Positions 1 through 9,790 of a DNA stretch of 64,000 nt are shown here, piece after piece (the first letter of the stretch is position 1; each line of letters starts with the position of its first letter). This DNA comes from Spirochaetia bacterium (GTDB lineage: Bacteria > Spirochaetota > Spirochaetia > SZUA-6 > Bin103). Where the stretch lies: assembly GCA_965203055.1 (NCBI GenBank), contig OZ241863.1:1536001-1600000 (forward strand). The letters are read 5' to 3'. Both the position numbers and the translations under genes were made by a program. A model generated the notes under the pieces. That model ran no database searches, was not told where the DNA came from, and was given only the letters and a program-made list of their open reading frames with translations.

Positions 1-2
1 AG

Positions 3-407
3 CGCCTTCATCACCACCAGGTCGGTGGCGTGGGCGATGGGTACCTCGACGCCATCGATAGCCGTGCGCGTAGCGCGGCCCAGTGCGATCGCTTCGAATC
101 CCGATCCTGCGATTACCAGATCGACCTCCATTCCCGAGGCATGGGTCAGAGGAATGACCGCGCCGCGTGCACGGAGCTCATCCGCAATGTCGGGGAAGCG
201 GTGGCGCAGTCCCGCGGCCGCAAGGGCGTCGATCAACCCCTGCAGACCGGCGCTCCCACCCTCCACCTGCACCGTGATGTCGAGGTCCTGCGTAGCGCGG
301 GGAGCGCCGCGCACCGCAACCGCGTGCGCACCAAAGACGAACCAGCGGAGGCCGTGACCGTCGAGCACCCGGGCGACCGCGGCGAGTGCGTCAGCGAGCG
401 CCGACAT
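3..407 (-). CDS. Nucleotidyltransferase family protein (DUF6036/AbiEii-like), 3' end runs off the window
   Basis: Not in the ORF track; read manually on the minus strand from ATG at 407: MSALADALAAVARVLDGHGLRWFVFGAHAVAVRGAPRATQDLDITV...EVPIAHATDLVVMKA. The G-x-x-A...R-x-T-x-D-x-D motif and the distal DL-x-x-M-K motif fit this family. Confidence 0.75.
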   Translation of the reverse strand, partial: MSALADALAAVARVLDGHGLRWFVFGAHAVAVRGAPRATQDLDITVQVEGGSAGLQGLIDALAAAGLRHRFPDIADELRARGAVIPLTHASGMEVDLVIAGSGFEAIALGRATRTAIDGVEVPIAHATDLVVMKA

Positions 408-461
408 TCAGAGCTTCGGCCATCGTGTGACGACCCGTGTCGCCTTGCGTTATGACGCCGC

Positions 462-2261
462 CTACCACGCCCATACGGCGACGGCAGTGCACGCGAGCTC
501 CGTCGACCGCTGTTCGATGGCCGCAAAGTTCCACGGCCCGGCGCGATCGGCGATGTCGAGCGCCAGCCGGCTCGGAGATTCGCGCAGCAAGCGCTGTTTT
601 TCGGAAAACGGACGGCGCCCCATTTCCGAATTGCGTTCGCGTTTGCGCAGGCACAGATTGCCGATCGAATTGACGACCCTCGAATAGTCGTCGCGGTGCG
701 CGTCGTCTCCCATTTCGCGCTGCCAGTCGCCGCTGCTGCCGATGTCTTGCGGCGCGACGTGCTCCACGGTGTCGAGGGTGGAGTAGTCCGGCAACTCACC
801 ACCTCGCGCGGTCGCCAGATGGCGGTCCAGTTCTTCGAGAACGAGGCGGGTGAATCCGATCTCGCGCGGCCGGTAGACCGGAGACTTCACGAGGGCGTCT
901 CTGAACTCGTCGTCCCCGACCCATAGCCCCTCCTGCTTGATGACGTCACGCAGGGTTGCCGCCAAGTCCGTATCATCCCGTTCCTCGATCCGGTCCAGCA
1001 GGGATGGAAAGAACGAATCGTATCTCGTTACCGGCAGTTCGGCGACCTTGCGGCGGACCAGCAGCACGTACACCGTGCGGACCAGGCTCGCCGCTTCCTC
1101 GGTGGAGAGTGCGCCGGCGCGCTGCGTCTTCAGAACCGCCAGCAGAAAGGGCCGGCAGGACGACATGTTGGTTTCGCCGATCTTCTTCAGCACGGCATCC
1201 AAGGCGGCGGCGCCGTTTCTCGATTCGCCGAGTATTCTGCGGTACAGTGGCGCCGAGTCGGCGATTTCGTTCAGATGCCGGCGGGCGGCGCCGGCATCGA
1301 GCTGCTTGTTGTGCTGCTTGAAGAACACGTAGAGCCGGCGCCCCTTGCCGATGATCCTGCTGTGACCGATGGAGAACAGATGCCGCAGGTACTCTTCGAA
1401 GTCGAAGGAATCCGCCAGCGGCGACGAGCGGTCGATCCGCTGCACGTTGACCCAGTGCGAGCGGTGCAGCGACTCGTAATCGTCCTGGTTCGCAATGAGA
1501 GGCCGGAACAGGTAGTTGCACATCAATTCGGCCGCCGTGAGCGGTATTCCCTTGTCGTTCAGGCTCTCGAAGATCGCCTGCGGATCGTCCCGCCTGCCGA
1601 GTGGTATCCAGACGACTTTGAGGCACTCGGTCAAGGCTCTGATCCAGCGCCAGATGCCCTCGTCTCCCATATCGCCAAAGTGGCGTCCCATCCAACGCTC
1701 GAACTTATTGGATATGTTGCCGTTCGGCAGATAGAGGTACAGGTCTTCCTGCAGGGTCGGCGCCTCGGGGTTCCGGTTTCCGAATACGGAATAATAGGTG
1801 GCCAATCGGTCGCCCTTGACGCTGAACAGCTTGATCCGCCAGTAGTCATCGCGCGCCTGCCGCTCGTCCGTCCGATTGATCAGCCATTGTCCTGTCGCAT
1901 CGTAGTGCGCGCGCGCCTTCGGCGCCTTGGACAGCAGCGTTTCCAGTCGGCGCCGGAAGTAGGCGAGCATGAGATACACCGTCGTGAATCGTTGCTGGCC
2001 GTCGATGATGTCGAAGATCTTGAAGCGAGGATCCCCGGACTGCTCCGCCACCACGACCGGCCCGAAGAAATGTTCCTGCTCGGCGAGGTCGCCGTTCTGC
2101 GCGGGGTCGAGCACCTGTTCCTCGAGGTCCTGTTTGAGCTGATTCCAGTTCCTGGAGCCCCACACGTAGCCGCGCTGGAAGAACGGGATCACGTAGCGCA
2201 TCTCGCCCGAGAATATGTCGGCGAAATTGCGACTGATGATCTCTCCGTTGCTCTTGGGCAT
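462..2261 (-). CDS. GmrSD-like type IV restriction endonuclease (DUF262 + DUF1524/HNH)
   Basis: N-terminal FQRGYVW, DGQQRFTT and FESLNDKG motifs (DUF262); C-terminal TVEHVAPQ...IGNLCL...RNSEMG (DUF1524 His-Me finger); SD-like GAGGAG upstream. Confidence 0.9.
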   Translation of the reverse strand: MPKSNGEIISRNFADIFSGEMRYVIPFFQRGYVWGSRNWNQLKQDLEEQVLDPAQNGDLAEQEHFFGPVVVAEQSGDPRFKIFDIIDGQQRFTTVYLMLAYFRRRLETLLSKAPKARAHYDATGQWLINRTDERQARDDYWRIKLFSVKGDRLATYYSVFGNRNPEAPTLQEDLYLYLPNGNISNKFERWMGRHFGDMGDEGIWRWIRALTECLKVVWIPLGRRDDPQAIFESLNDKGIPLTAAELMCNYLFRPLIANQDDYESLHRSHWVNVQRIDRSSPLADSFDFEEYLRHLFSIGHSRIIGKGRRLYVFFKQHNKQLDAGAARRHLNEIADSAPLYRRILGESRNGAAALDAVLKKIGETNMSSCRPFLLAVLKTQRAGALSTEEAASLVRTVYVLLVRRKVAELPVTRYDSFFPSLLDRIEERDDTDLAATLRDVIKQEGLWVGDDEFRDALVKSPVYRPREIGFTRLVLEELDRHLATARGGELPDYSTLDTVEHVAPQDIGSSGDWQREMGDDAHRDDYSRVVNSIGNLCLRKRERNSEMGRRPFSEKQRLLRESPSRLALDIADRAGPWNFAAIEQRSTELACTAVAVWAW

Positions 2262-2336
2262 CGCTCTCCTCGATAGTCAATCTACGCCGCGTCAGACACG
2301 TTCCGATGCTTTTTTTCGCCGGCCTCGAGACGGCGG

Positions 2337-2386
2337 CCGAAAAGGTGACGGACGGGGACCGAGGTGTAACCGTTCCCCTTTTTCGG
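2337..2386. repeat. Imperfect inverted repeat/hairpin between the desaturase and GmrSD genes (terminator or REP-like)
   Basis: ccgaaaaggtgacgg ... ccgttcccctttttcgg are imperfect reverse complements; a T-run and second hairpin lie at ~2310-2344. Confidence 0.4.
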
Positions 2387-3439
2387 CTACTCGGCCGGCG
2401 CCGCGTCTACGGCAGTCGGAGCTCCGCGCTTGCCGAGCTTGCGCTTGCGTTCGCGCATCGTCCGGTGCGCCTCGGGCGAACCGTCGTGGAAGCTGCCGAA
2501 CCACTTGTCCAGGGGCACCCCTTCGTTGCCGTAGTTGCAGTCGAAGTAGCGGTGATGCAGGTAGTGGAAGTAGCCGCCGTTGCTCATCGCGTGCTTTTCT
2601 CCGAGCTCGAACTTGTAGAACCCGGCGTGCCCGGCCGCCGGACTGAGGCCGGTGTGCACCAGATGGAACACGGCGTGCAGCGGGTGCGAGGGGATGATCC
2701 AGTGCAGCAGCACCCCGGAGAAGTAGAGCAGGTGCTCGATAGGATGCATCGACAGCCCCGACCACGGCCCGATGTTCACGTTCTTGTGGTGCAGGTAATG
2801 GGCGGCCTTGTAGAGCGGCTTCCAGTGGGTGAGGCGATGGGTCCAGTAGAAGTGCGCCTGGCGCAGCAGCAGGATGAACACCAGCATGAGCACGCAATAG
2901 ACCGGACTCTCGGCCCAGTCCACGTAGGGGATGATGCGGTTGGAATAGGCCCACAGCGTTACCGCCTCGTAGGCGGTCCAGATGGTCACTCCGCTGGCGA
3001 AGTTCCAGAAGATGTTGTCGCGCGTCTGATTCCCGAACAGGAATGCCCGGCTGTTGGCCATCAACCAGCGCGGGTTGTACTTGTAGCGCTCGCCCTGGGC
3101 GCGTTGGACGTAGAGCCGCAGGTGCAGGCCGCCGGCGATTACCAGCAGCAGCGCGGCGTTGCGCAGATAGATCTCGGCGATCCAGCCCACCGCGAAGGTG
3201 CCGGTGCGCGACAGGTCCGGCGTCAGGAACAGCCAGGCGACGACGGCGATTCCGATGTAGATGGCGTTCTTCGGCCACAGCAGCCCGTCATGTCCAAACA
3301 GCATCTTCAGGACGGGACGCAGCTTGAGCGGCCAGGTAAAGAGCGGCGACGGCTTGGGCAGCGACTCCGGCTGCCACTCGCCGCGTGCTGCCGGGCTGCG
3401 CCCGGCCTGCCCGGTAAGGTCGGCTTCGGCCATGTTCAA
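2387..3439 (-). CDS. Sterol desaturase/fatty acid hydroxylase family protein
   Basis: His boxes HFYWTHRLTH, HYLHHK and HYLHHRYF; several hydrophobic transmembrane segments; NYG...LDKWFGSFH tail. Confidence 0.9.
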   Translation of the reverse strand: MNMAEADLTGQAGRSPAARGEWQPESLPKPSPLFTWPLKLRPVLKMLFGHDGLLWPKNAIYIGIAVVAWLFLTPDLSRTGTFAVGWIAEIYLRNAALLLVIAGGLHLRLYVQRAQGERYKYNPRWLMANSRAFLFGNQTRDNIFWNFASGVTIWTAYEAVTLWAYSNRIIPYVDWAESPVYCVLMLVFILLLRQAHFYWTHRLTHWKPLYKAAHYLHHKNVNIGPWSGLSMHPIEHLLYFSGVLLHWIIPSHPLHAVFHLVHTGLSPAAGHAGFYKFELGEKHAMSNGGYFHYLHHRYFDCNYGNEGVPLDKWFGSFHDGSPEAHRTMRERKRKLGKRGAPTAVDAAPAE

Positions 3440-3535
3440 AGATCCTCCCGCGTTCGGTAGGGGATTGCGGTTCGCAGCCTATCAAAGATGCTCCTGCGTG
3501 ACAACAGACCGGGCAGCGGGTAGATTGTTGCCGGC

Positions 3536-4144
3536 ATGGCCGCGCTCACCGAATCGCCGCCGGCCTCCGGCCGGCGCTGCAGCCGCAGGCTGTTCAGCAG
3601 ACGGGAGTACCACGCCATGGGACGCACCGGCATCCTGAAGCCGGCCGAACGCGTCGAGCTGCTGGTAGGCGAGGTTATCGTCATGTCGCCCATAGGACAT
3701 CGCCACGCCGCGTGCGTCGACCGCCTGAACAGCGCGTTCGCCGCACGGTCGGCTCGTCTGGCCGGGCGCGCGCTGGTGCGGGTTCAGAGTCCCCTGGCGG
3801 AGTCTGAAATCTCGGAGCCGCAGCCCGACCTGATGCTCCTGGCCCACCGCGATGACCGCTACGATTTCGGCCATCCCCAGCCGCAGGACGTGCTTCTGCT
3901 GGTGGAAGCCGCCGAGTCGTCCATCAATTACGATCGTCATACCAAGCTGCCGTTCTACCCGGCGGCCGGGATCCGCGAGGTGTGGATCGTCAACCTGCAG
4001 GCTGACCGGATCGAGTCATACACCGAGCCGGAAGCCGGCGGTTACCGCGTCACGCGGCGTTACGGACTCGGCGACCGGCTGGCGCCCGCCGCGCTCCCGG
4101 ACCTGCAGCTCGCCGTAGCGCAGATCATTCCCGCCCGCGCGTAG
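3536..4144 (+). CDS. Uma2 family (DUF820) putative endonuclease
   Basis: RVELLVGEVIVMSPIGHRH, EPQPDL, LLVEAAESS..YDRHTKLPFY..AGIREVWIVNL. Confidence 0.9.
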   Translation: MAALTESPPASGRRCSRRLFSRREYHAMGRTGILKPAERVELLVGEVIVMSPIGHRHAACVDRLNSAFAARSARLAGRALVRVQSPLAESEISEPQPDLMLLAHRDDRYDFGHPQPQDVLLLVEAAESSINYDRHTKLPFYPAAGIREVWIVNLQADRIESYTEPEAGGYRVTRRYGLGDRLAPAALPDLQLAVAQIIPARA

Positions 4145-4174
4145 CCGGGCGGCCGGCCGGACGGCCGGCGGCGG

Positions 4175-5143
4175 TCACCGGGGCGGCGCGGTGAGCTCCC
4201 GCAGCCGGCGCAACGCCGCTTCGCCGTCCGCCATGGCATTCAGGAGCTTGGCCAGCGCGGCGATTTCTTGCGGACTGGTCCACGCCCGCAGCGCGCCGGC
4301 CAGCTCGGACGGTTCCCAACCGGTTGCCGCCTGCCGGCGCGCTTCCTCCAGCACTTCCTGGGCCAGCGCGGCGTCCACCGCGCTGACGGCGGCGGCGAAA
4401 CCGACCAGTTCGGCGTCCTCGCCCTCGGTGCCGGCGCGGTGTCTGGTGACGTGCGCCACCACCGCCGCCACCACCGCCAACTTGTACGGCGGCGGCTCCC
4501 CGCCGCCGGCCGCGCGGACGCGCTCGATCAGGGCAGGGGAGGGCGCTTCCGCGCGCGCCGCCGCGCGCGCGGAAGCGCACGCCTCGGCGCCGAGCTCACC
4601 AAGGCGGATGCCGGCATCGGCCGGCGCCGCCGCGGAGGGGAGCGCGCCGCCGGCCGCGGGGCGTTCCTCGGGACCGGCCGCCGCTGCCGCCGCCCCGGCC
4701 GCTCCGCGCTGCGATTCGCGCCAACCGAGCCGGGTCCGCGCCTGGTTGAACAGGTGGGTCTCCGCCGGACTCGGCTCCCCGTCGCAGGCCAGCAGGTCAT
4801 GCAGGCGCTGCAGCGCGAACTGCAGCCGCGCCCGGCGGCGGGTGAATTCGCTCAACTGCGCCAACAGCTCCGTCCAGTGGCCGCGCGGCGCCGGCTCGGT
4901 CAGGTAGCGCTGCACGCGGCGCAGCTCGCGCGTGGTGAGGCGCGGGGACAACTCGTTGAGCAGGCGCTTGACGACGTTGACCTCGGTCTGGTTGATCGGC
5001 CCGTCGATCCACGCCGCGGCCGCCAACACCTTGGCCAAGGCGAGGTAGAACGACTGGCGGTAGTCGGGCCGCTGGCGCCGGTTGCCGCCTCCTCCCAGGA
5101 GGTCGGAGAGCGCCGAACCGAACAGCGACGGGTTGGGCAGCAC
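4175..5143 (-). CDS. TerB-like (tellurite resistance family) protein with a degenerate second helical domain
   Basis: AAAWIDGPINQTEV and LLACDGEPSPAE are the two TerB metal-site motifs. Start placed at GTG 5143, preceded by TACACT; the longer track ORF is antisense to the next gene. Confidence 0.7.
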   Translation of the reverse strand: MLPNPSLFGSALSDLLGGGGNRRQRPDYRQSFYLALAKVLAAAAWIDGPINQTEVNVVKRLLNELSPRLTTRELRRVQRYLTEPAPRGHWTELLAQLSEFTRRRARLQFALQRLHDLLACDGEPSPAETHLFNQARTRLGWRESQRGAAGAAAAAAGPEERPAAGGALPSAAAPADAGIRLGELGAEACASARAAARAEAPSPALIERVRAAGGGEPPPYKLAVVAAVVAHVTRHRAGTEGEDAELVGFAAAVSAVDAALAQEVLEEARRQAATGWEPSELAGALRAWTSPQEIAALAKLLNAMADGEAALRRLRELTAPPR

Positions 5144-5233
5144 GCCGGCCAAGTGTACCCCGGAACGGGCCGGAAGGGGCCGGAACGGACCGCGCCCGTA
5201 GCCGGCCCGCGCCGGGACGCGATAGGGTACGGC

Positions 5234-6223
5234 GTGGCTGATTCGACGACCGCCCGTCCCGCGGTCCTGATTACCGAGCCGATCGGCGCCGCCGGTCTGA
5301 GTATCCTGGAACGCTCCTGCAACTGCATCGCCCCCTGGCGCGGCGGCGCGCCGGCCGACCCGCGCCGCCTGCGCGCGCAGCTCGCCGCGGTGGACGCCGT
5401 CGTCGTACGGCTGTTCGAGGTGCGGGACGCGGACCTCGCCGCGGCGCCCCGCCTCAAGGTGGTAGCCAAGCATGGCGCCGGCCTCGACAACATCGACTGC
5501 GCGGCGGCGGCGCGGCGCGGCGTGCCGGTCATCTACACCCCGGGGGCCAATTCCAACGCCGTCGCCGAGCACGCGCTTGGCCTGCTGCTCGCCCTGGCGC
5601 GCAACACCGGCCGCGCCGACGCCGCGCTGCGCGACGCCCGGCCCTATCAGCGGGAGCAGTTCGCCGGTATCGAGCTGGCCGGCAAGACCCTGGGCGTGGT
5701 CGGCCTGGGGCGCATCGGCGCGCGGGTGGCGCGCAAGGCCCGCGGCCTGGAGCTGCGCGTGCTCGCCTACGACCCCTACGTCGACCGCGCCGCGTATCCG
5801 GGGCCGGCGCGCTTCGTCGATACCTTCGAGCAACTGCTCACCGGCGCCGACTTCGTGACCCTGCACGTCCCGCTTACCGGCGAAACGCGCGGCATGATCG
5901 ATGCCGGCGCGCTGGCGCGGCTCAAACCGGGCGCCCGCCTGGTCAACACCTCGCGCGGCGAAGTGATCGACGAGACCGCGCTGGCCGGCGCCCTGCGCGC
6001 CGGCACTCTGGCCGGAGCGGCGCTCGACGTGTTCGCCGAGGAACCCCTGGCGGCCGATCACCCGCTCACCCGGACGCCCAATACGCTGCTTACTCCCCAC
6101 TTGAGCGGCCTTACCGGCGAGGCGATGGCCGCGGTCTCGGAACAGGTTGCGCACGGCGTCATCGACGCGCTGCAGGGGCGGGTACCGCGCGAGCTGCTGG
6201 CGCCGCCGGCGCCGGGCGAGTGA
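5234..6223 (+). CDS. D-isomer-specific 2-hydroxyacid dehydrogenase (PGDH-like)
   Basis: KHGAGLDNID, NSNAVAEH, GLGRIG (Rossmann fold), LHVPLT, NTSRG, ALDVFAEEP, TPHLSG. Confidence 0.9.
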   Translation: MADSTTARPAVLITEPIGAAGLSILERSCNCIAPWRGGAPADPRRLRAQLAAVDAVVVRLFEVRDADLAAAPRLKVVAKHGAGLDNIDCAAAARRGVPVIYTPGANSNAVAEHALGLLLALARNTGRADAALRDARPYQREQFAGIELAGKTLGVVGLGRIGARVARKARGLELRVLAYDPYVDRAAYPGPARFVDTFEQLLTGADFVTLHVPLTGETRGMIDAGALARLKPGARLVNTSRGEVIDETALAGALRAGTLAGAALDVFAEEPLAADHPLTRTPNTLLTPHLSGLTGEAMAAVSEQVAHGVIDALQGRVPRELLAPPAPGE

Positions 6224-6302
6224 ACGAGCAAGCGCGCGCTACCTGATCCGAGCGCTCACTTTTCCGCTCAAGCCGGGCGCCCCGGCAGCCGACAAGCAAG
6301 TC

Positions 6303-6941
6303 ATGGAGAAGTCCCCGGCCCGCGTCCCAAGGCGCGAATATGCTTCCGCCCAACGCGAGCACATCCTCAACGCCGCCTCCCGCGTCTTTACCGAGCGCGG
6401 CTACGACCGCGCCACCACCAAGGCGATCGCCGCCGCCGCGGAGCTGTCGGAAGGCGCGCTCTACCATCACTTCTCGGGCAAGCGCGAGATGTTGCTCGGC
6501 GTCCTTGCCCGCGTGATCGGGGCGGTACAGGGGGAGCGCGGCGGCGGCGGCGCGGCCGATCTGTACGAGCGCTACCGGCGCGCCATCAACGTGCGGGTGC
6601 GCGGCGCGCACCCGCAGATGAGAACCTTCTTCGCCCTGCTTTCAGCCATTCTCGCCGACCGCGAACTGGCCGGCCACGTGCGCAGCGAATTGCTGCAGCC
6701 CGGCATCGACAAGGCGGAACGGGCATTGCAGGCGGCCGTCGCCGGCGGCGCCATGCGGCAGATGGACGTCCCGGCGGCGGCCCGGCTGGTGTACGCCATC
6801 TTCATGGGAATCGAGCTGCTGGCGCAGATCGGCGACCAGGAGACGCTGGCCCTGCTGGAGGATGGCGGGCGGCTCGGCGACGCCTTCGCCGGCCTGCTGC
6901 TGGACGGTCTGGCGGCGCGCAGCGGGACCGGGCAGGAGTAG
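6303..6941 (+). CDS. TetR/AcrR family transcriptional regulator
   Basis: ILNAASRVFTERGYDRATTKAIAAAAELSEGALYHHFSGK helix-turn-helix. Confidence 0.9.
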   Translation: MEKSPARVPRREYASAQREHILNAASRVFTERGYDRATTKAIAAAAELSEGALYHHFSGKREMLLGVLARVIGAVQGERGGGGAADLYERYRRAINVRVRGAHPQMRTFFALLSAILADRELAGHVRSELLQPGIDKAERALQAAVAGGAMRQMDVPAAARLVYAIFMGIELLAQIGDQETLALLEDGGRLGDAFAGLLLDGLAARSGTGQE

Positions 6942-6948
6942 CCTCGTT

Positions 6949-7662
6949 TCACATGGCGCCGAGCCGGGCCTTGGCGATCGCCAGCGCGGCGACGCACGCC
7001 GTTTCCACGCGCAGGATGCGCGCGCCGAGGGTGCACGGCAGGAAGCGGTGCCGGCGCAGCACGGCGCGGTCCGCCTCGCTCCAGCCGCGTTCGGGGCCCA
7101 CCGCCAGCACCAGGGGCAGGCGCAACGCGCAGGTTCCGAGGCGCGCCGCGCCCGCGGCGTGGTCCAGGGCGACGGCGGCCGCGCCGGCGGGAAGCTGCCG
7201 CGCCGCGCACTGCAGCGAAGCGCCGCAGGTCACCGCCGGCAGCGCGGTGGCCACTGCCTGCTGCAGCCCGTCCAGCAGGTGGCGGCGCCATTCGGAGGTG
7301 GTCCAGAGCCGGCTGCGGGCATAGTTGCGGTCGCTGGTTTCGGTATGCACGAAGCGCAGCTCGCGGCAGCCGAGCGCCGCCGCCTGATAGAGGATCTTGC
7401 GGGCGCTCGGCGGGCGCGGCAGGCCGACGATCAGCAGGATGTCGTCCGGCGGCGGCGCGGCGCCGTGCCAGTCGAAGGCCAGCTCCAGTTGGTCCGCGGC
7501 GGCCGCCAGCAGCGTGCCGGTGCCGGTTGGACCGTCGATTACGCCGGCTCGGAACCGGTCTCCGGGGCGGCAGCCGAGCACCTCCAACAGGTGGCGCGCG
7601 CGCTGATCGGCCCGCGCCAGGGTCTGCCGGCGCGCGCTGCCGGCGAACAGAATGACGTTCAC
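6949..7662 (-). CDS. rsmE: 16S rRNA m3U1498 methyltransferase RsmE family
   Basis: HLLEVL, LPRP, VGPERGWS..D, LGARILRVETA SPOUT motifs; GTG start at 7662. Confidence 0.85.
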   Translation of the reverse strand: MNVILFAGSARRQTLARADQRARHLLEVLGCRPGDRFRAGVIDGPTGTGTLLAAAADQLELAFDWHGAAPPPDDILLIVGLPRPPSARKILYQAAALGCRELRFVHTETSDRNYARSRLWTTSEWRRHLLDGLQQAVATALPAVTCGASLQCAARQLPAGAAAVALDHAAGAARLGTCALRLPLVLAVGPERGWSEADRAVLRRHRFLPCTLGARILRVETACVAALAIAKARLGAM

Positions 7663-7764
7663 CGAATGACGTTCCCGGCGGGCTCGCGACACCTCACGAC
7701 ACCTACGATACCGCGCGCTTGAGCCGCTCCGCCAGGATGGTCGATGATGGGCAACCGGAGAACC

Positions 7765-8694
7765 ATGCCACAACCGAGCGATCAACCCGCGTTGCACGGC
7801 GTCATCGTGCCGATTCTGACCCCGCTTACCCCCGGCGAAGCGGTGGACGTGCGCTCCTTGCGCCGCCTGGTGAACTACCTCGTGGACAACGGCGTCCATG
7901 GCCTGTGGGCCGCCGGAACCACCGGCGAGTTCGCCGCCCTGGACGAGGCATCGCGGCGGCTGGTCATCGAGACGGTGGCCGAGGAGGCGGGCGGGCGGGT
8001 GCCGGTGATCGGCAACGTCGCCGCCCCGGCGACGCGCGCCGCCGGCGCCGCCGCCGCCGCGCTGCAAGGCTGCCCGCTGGCCGGCGTCGCGGCCACGCCG
8101 CCGTTCTACCACCTCCATTCCCAGGATGAACTGATCGACCATTTTCACGCCGTCGAGGAGCGCAGCCGGCACCCGTTGTGGGTCTACAACATCCCCGGCA
8201 CGGTCGGGCTGACCGTGGAACCGGACACCATCGCCGCGCTGGCGGCCGACGGCACGGTGGCGGGCGTGAAGGACAGCTCCGGCGCCGGCGAGGCGTTCGC
8301 CCAGCTCGTCACGCTGTGCCGGCACCGCCGCCTCGACCTGTACCGCTTCATCGGCACCATCTGGCGCGTCGCCATGGCCGGCAGCGGCGCGCACGGCGTG
8401 ATTCCCGGAGTGGCCAACCTGGCCCCCGCCGGCGCCGCGGCGGCGTGGGAGGCGGGCGCCCGCGGCGACGAGGAGGCCGCTGACCGCCGCCTCGCCGAGG
8501 TGCTCACCGCGGCGCGCGTAATGCAGCTCGGCCGCGGCGGCGGGGCGAGCGTCGCCGGGCTCAAGTCGGCGCTGAAGCTGCTCGGCATCATCGAGCACGA
8601 TACCGCGTCCGCTCCGATGCGGCCCCTCAGCGACGAGGAAAAGTCCCGCCTGCCGCCGCTGCTGGCGCAACTGGGACTCGGCGATTACGGTTGA
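7765..8694 (+). CDS. Dihydrodipicolinate synthase/N-acetylneuraminate lyase family aldolase
   Basis: GTTGEF, YNIP and VKDSS (Schiff-base Lys) motifs; substrate not inferable. Confidence 0.85.
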   Translation: MPQPSDQPALHGVIVPILTPLTPGEAVDVRSLRRLVNYLVDNGVHGLWAAGTTGEFAALDEASRRLVIETVAEEAGGRVPVIGNVAAPATRAAGAAAAALQGCPLAGVAATPPFYHLHSQDELIDHFHAVEERSRHPLWVYNIPGTVGLTVEPDTIAALAADGTVAGVKDSSGAGEAFAQLVTLCRHRRLDLYRFIGTIWRVAMAGSGAHGVIPGVANLAPAGAAAAWEAGARGDEEAADRRLAEVLTAARVMQLGRGGGASVAGLKSALKLLGIIEHDTASAPMRPLSDEEKSRLPPLLAQLGLGDYG

Positions 8695-8790
8695 GGGGCA
8701 AGCGGTATCCGGCCGCGACCGCCCGCCCGCCCGGCGTGTTGCTCATTCCGCGTGGATGCGCTACCTTACCTGCGTCCCTTGGACGTATTC

Positions 8791-8863
8791 GCCAGAATAG
8801 CTCAGTTGGCAGAGCGGTTCACTCGTAATGAACAGGTCAGGGGTTCGAATCCCCTTTCTGGCT
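8791..8863 (+). tRNA. tRNA-Thr(CGT)
   Basis: GCCAGAA/TTCTGGC acceptor stem; D-arm TAGCTCAGTTGGCAGAGC; anticodon arm GTTCA-CTCGTAA-TGAAC; T-arm AGGGG-TTCGAAT-CCCCT. CCA not encoded. Confidence 0.95.
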
Positions 8864-8899
8864 TCGCGTAACGCGCCGGAGTGAACGGAGGTGGGCGGA

Positions 8900-9790
8900 A
8901 TGCTGGTCGCGGGGATCGACGTGGACGCGCTCATCGACGCCCGGGTGCTGGCCGAGTACCGCGAACGCGGCTACTGGCGCAGCCCGCGGCTGTTCGACGC
9001 GCAGACCACCGCGCGGCTGCGGCGCGCCCACCGGCGCCTCTGGGCGGGTGACTTCGACCATCCCATCGCTTCGCAGTACGGCCCGCCCGGGGAGGAATCG
9101 GATCGGGCGGCGGTGCGTCAGCAGTGCAACGCCTTCTGGCTCAACGACGACATCCGCGCGGTGACCACCAGCCCGCTGCTGGGCGCCATCGGCGCGCGGC
9201 TGATGGGCGTCGCCGAGGTGCGGTTGTGGCATGACCAGGCGGTGAAGAAGCCGGCCGCCGGCGCCGCCGGCGGCGCCGTGACGGCCGGCAACATCGGCTG
9301 GCATCAGGACTACGGCCACTGGCAGTGCTCCAGCTCGACTGACATGTGCACCGCCTGGGTGGCGCTGCAGGACACCGACCTCGGCAACGGCGCCATGCGC
9401 ACCATCGTCGGCTCGCACCGCTGGGGATTGCTGGAGGAGAGCGACAACTTCGGCAAGAAGGATCTGGAGGGCCTGCGGGCGCGTCTCTCGACGCAGCCGA
9501 TCAGCGGCGCCTGGATCGACGAGCCGTGCGTGCTGCGCGAGGGGGAGGTGAGCTTCCATCACTGCCTCACGCTGCACGGTTCCGGCCCCAACCTGAGCGG
9601 CGCCGCGCGCCTGTGCGTCATCTCCCACATGATGCCGGGGGATACCAGCTATCGGCCCAGCCCCCAGCATCACCCGAACCTGGTGTTCCTCGGCCCTGAC
9701 GCCCGCCCCGGACAGCGCTTCGCCGGGCCTTGGTGGCCGGTCATGTGGCCCCCGGTAGCTACGCCGGGTCAGCGCACGCAGCCGGGATAG
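8900..9790 (+). CDS. Phytanoyl-CoA dioxygenase (PhyH) family Fe(II)/2OG oxygenase
   Basis: WHQDYGHW, TAWVALQD...NGAM..IVGSH, TLHGSGPN...R. Confidence 0.9.
   Translation: MLVAGIDVDALIDARVLAEYRERGYWRSPRLFDAQTTARLRRAHRRLWAGDFDHPIASQYGPPGEESDRAAVRQQCNAFWLNDDIRAVTTSPLLGAIGARLMGVAEVRLWHDQAVKKPAAGAAGGAVTAGNIGWHQDYGHWQCSSSTDMCTAWVALQDTDLGNGAMRTIVGSHRWGLLEESDNFGKKDLEGLRARLSTQPISGAWIDEPCVLREGEVSFHHCLTLHGSGPNLSGAARLCVISHMMPGDTSYRPSPQHHPNLVFLGPDARPGQRFAGPWWPVMWPPVATPGQRTQPG

Noticed and set aside
8791..8863. tRNA-Thr as the attachment site of an integrated element
   Set aside because: No integrase nearby, and no duplicate of the tRNA 3' end was noticed in the window.
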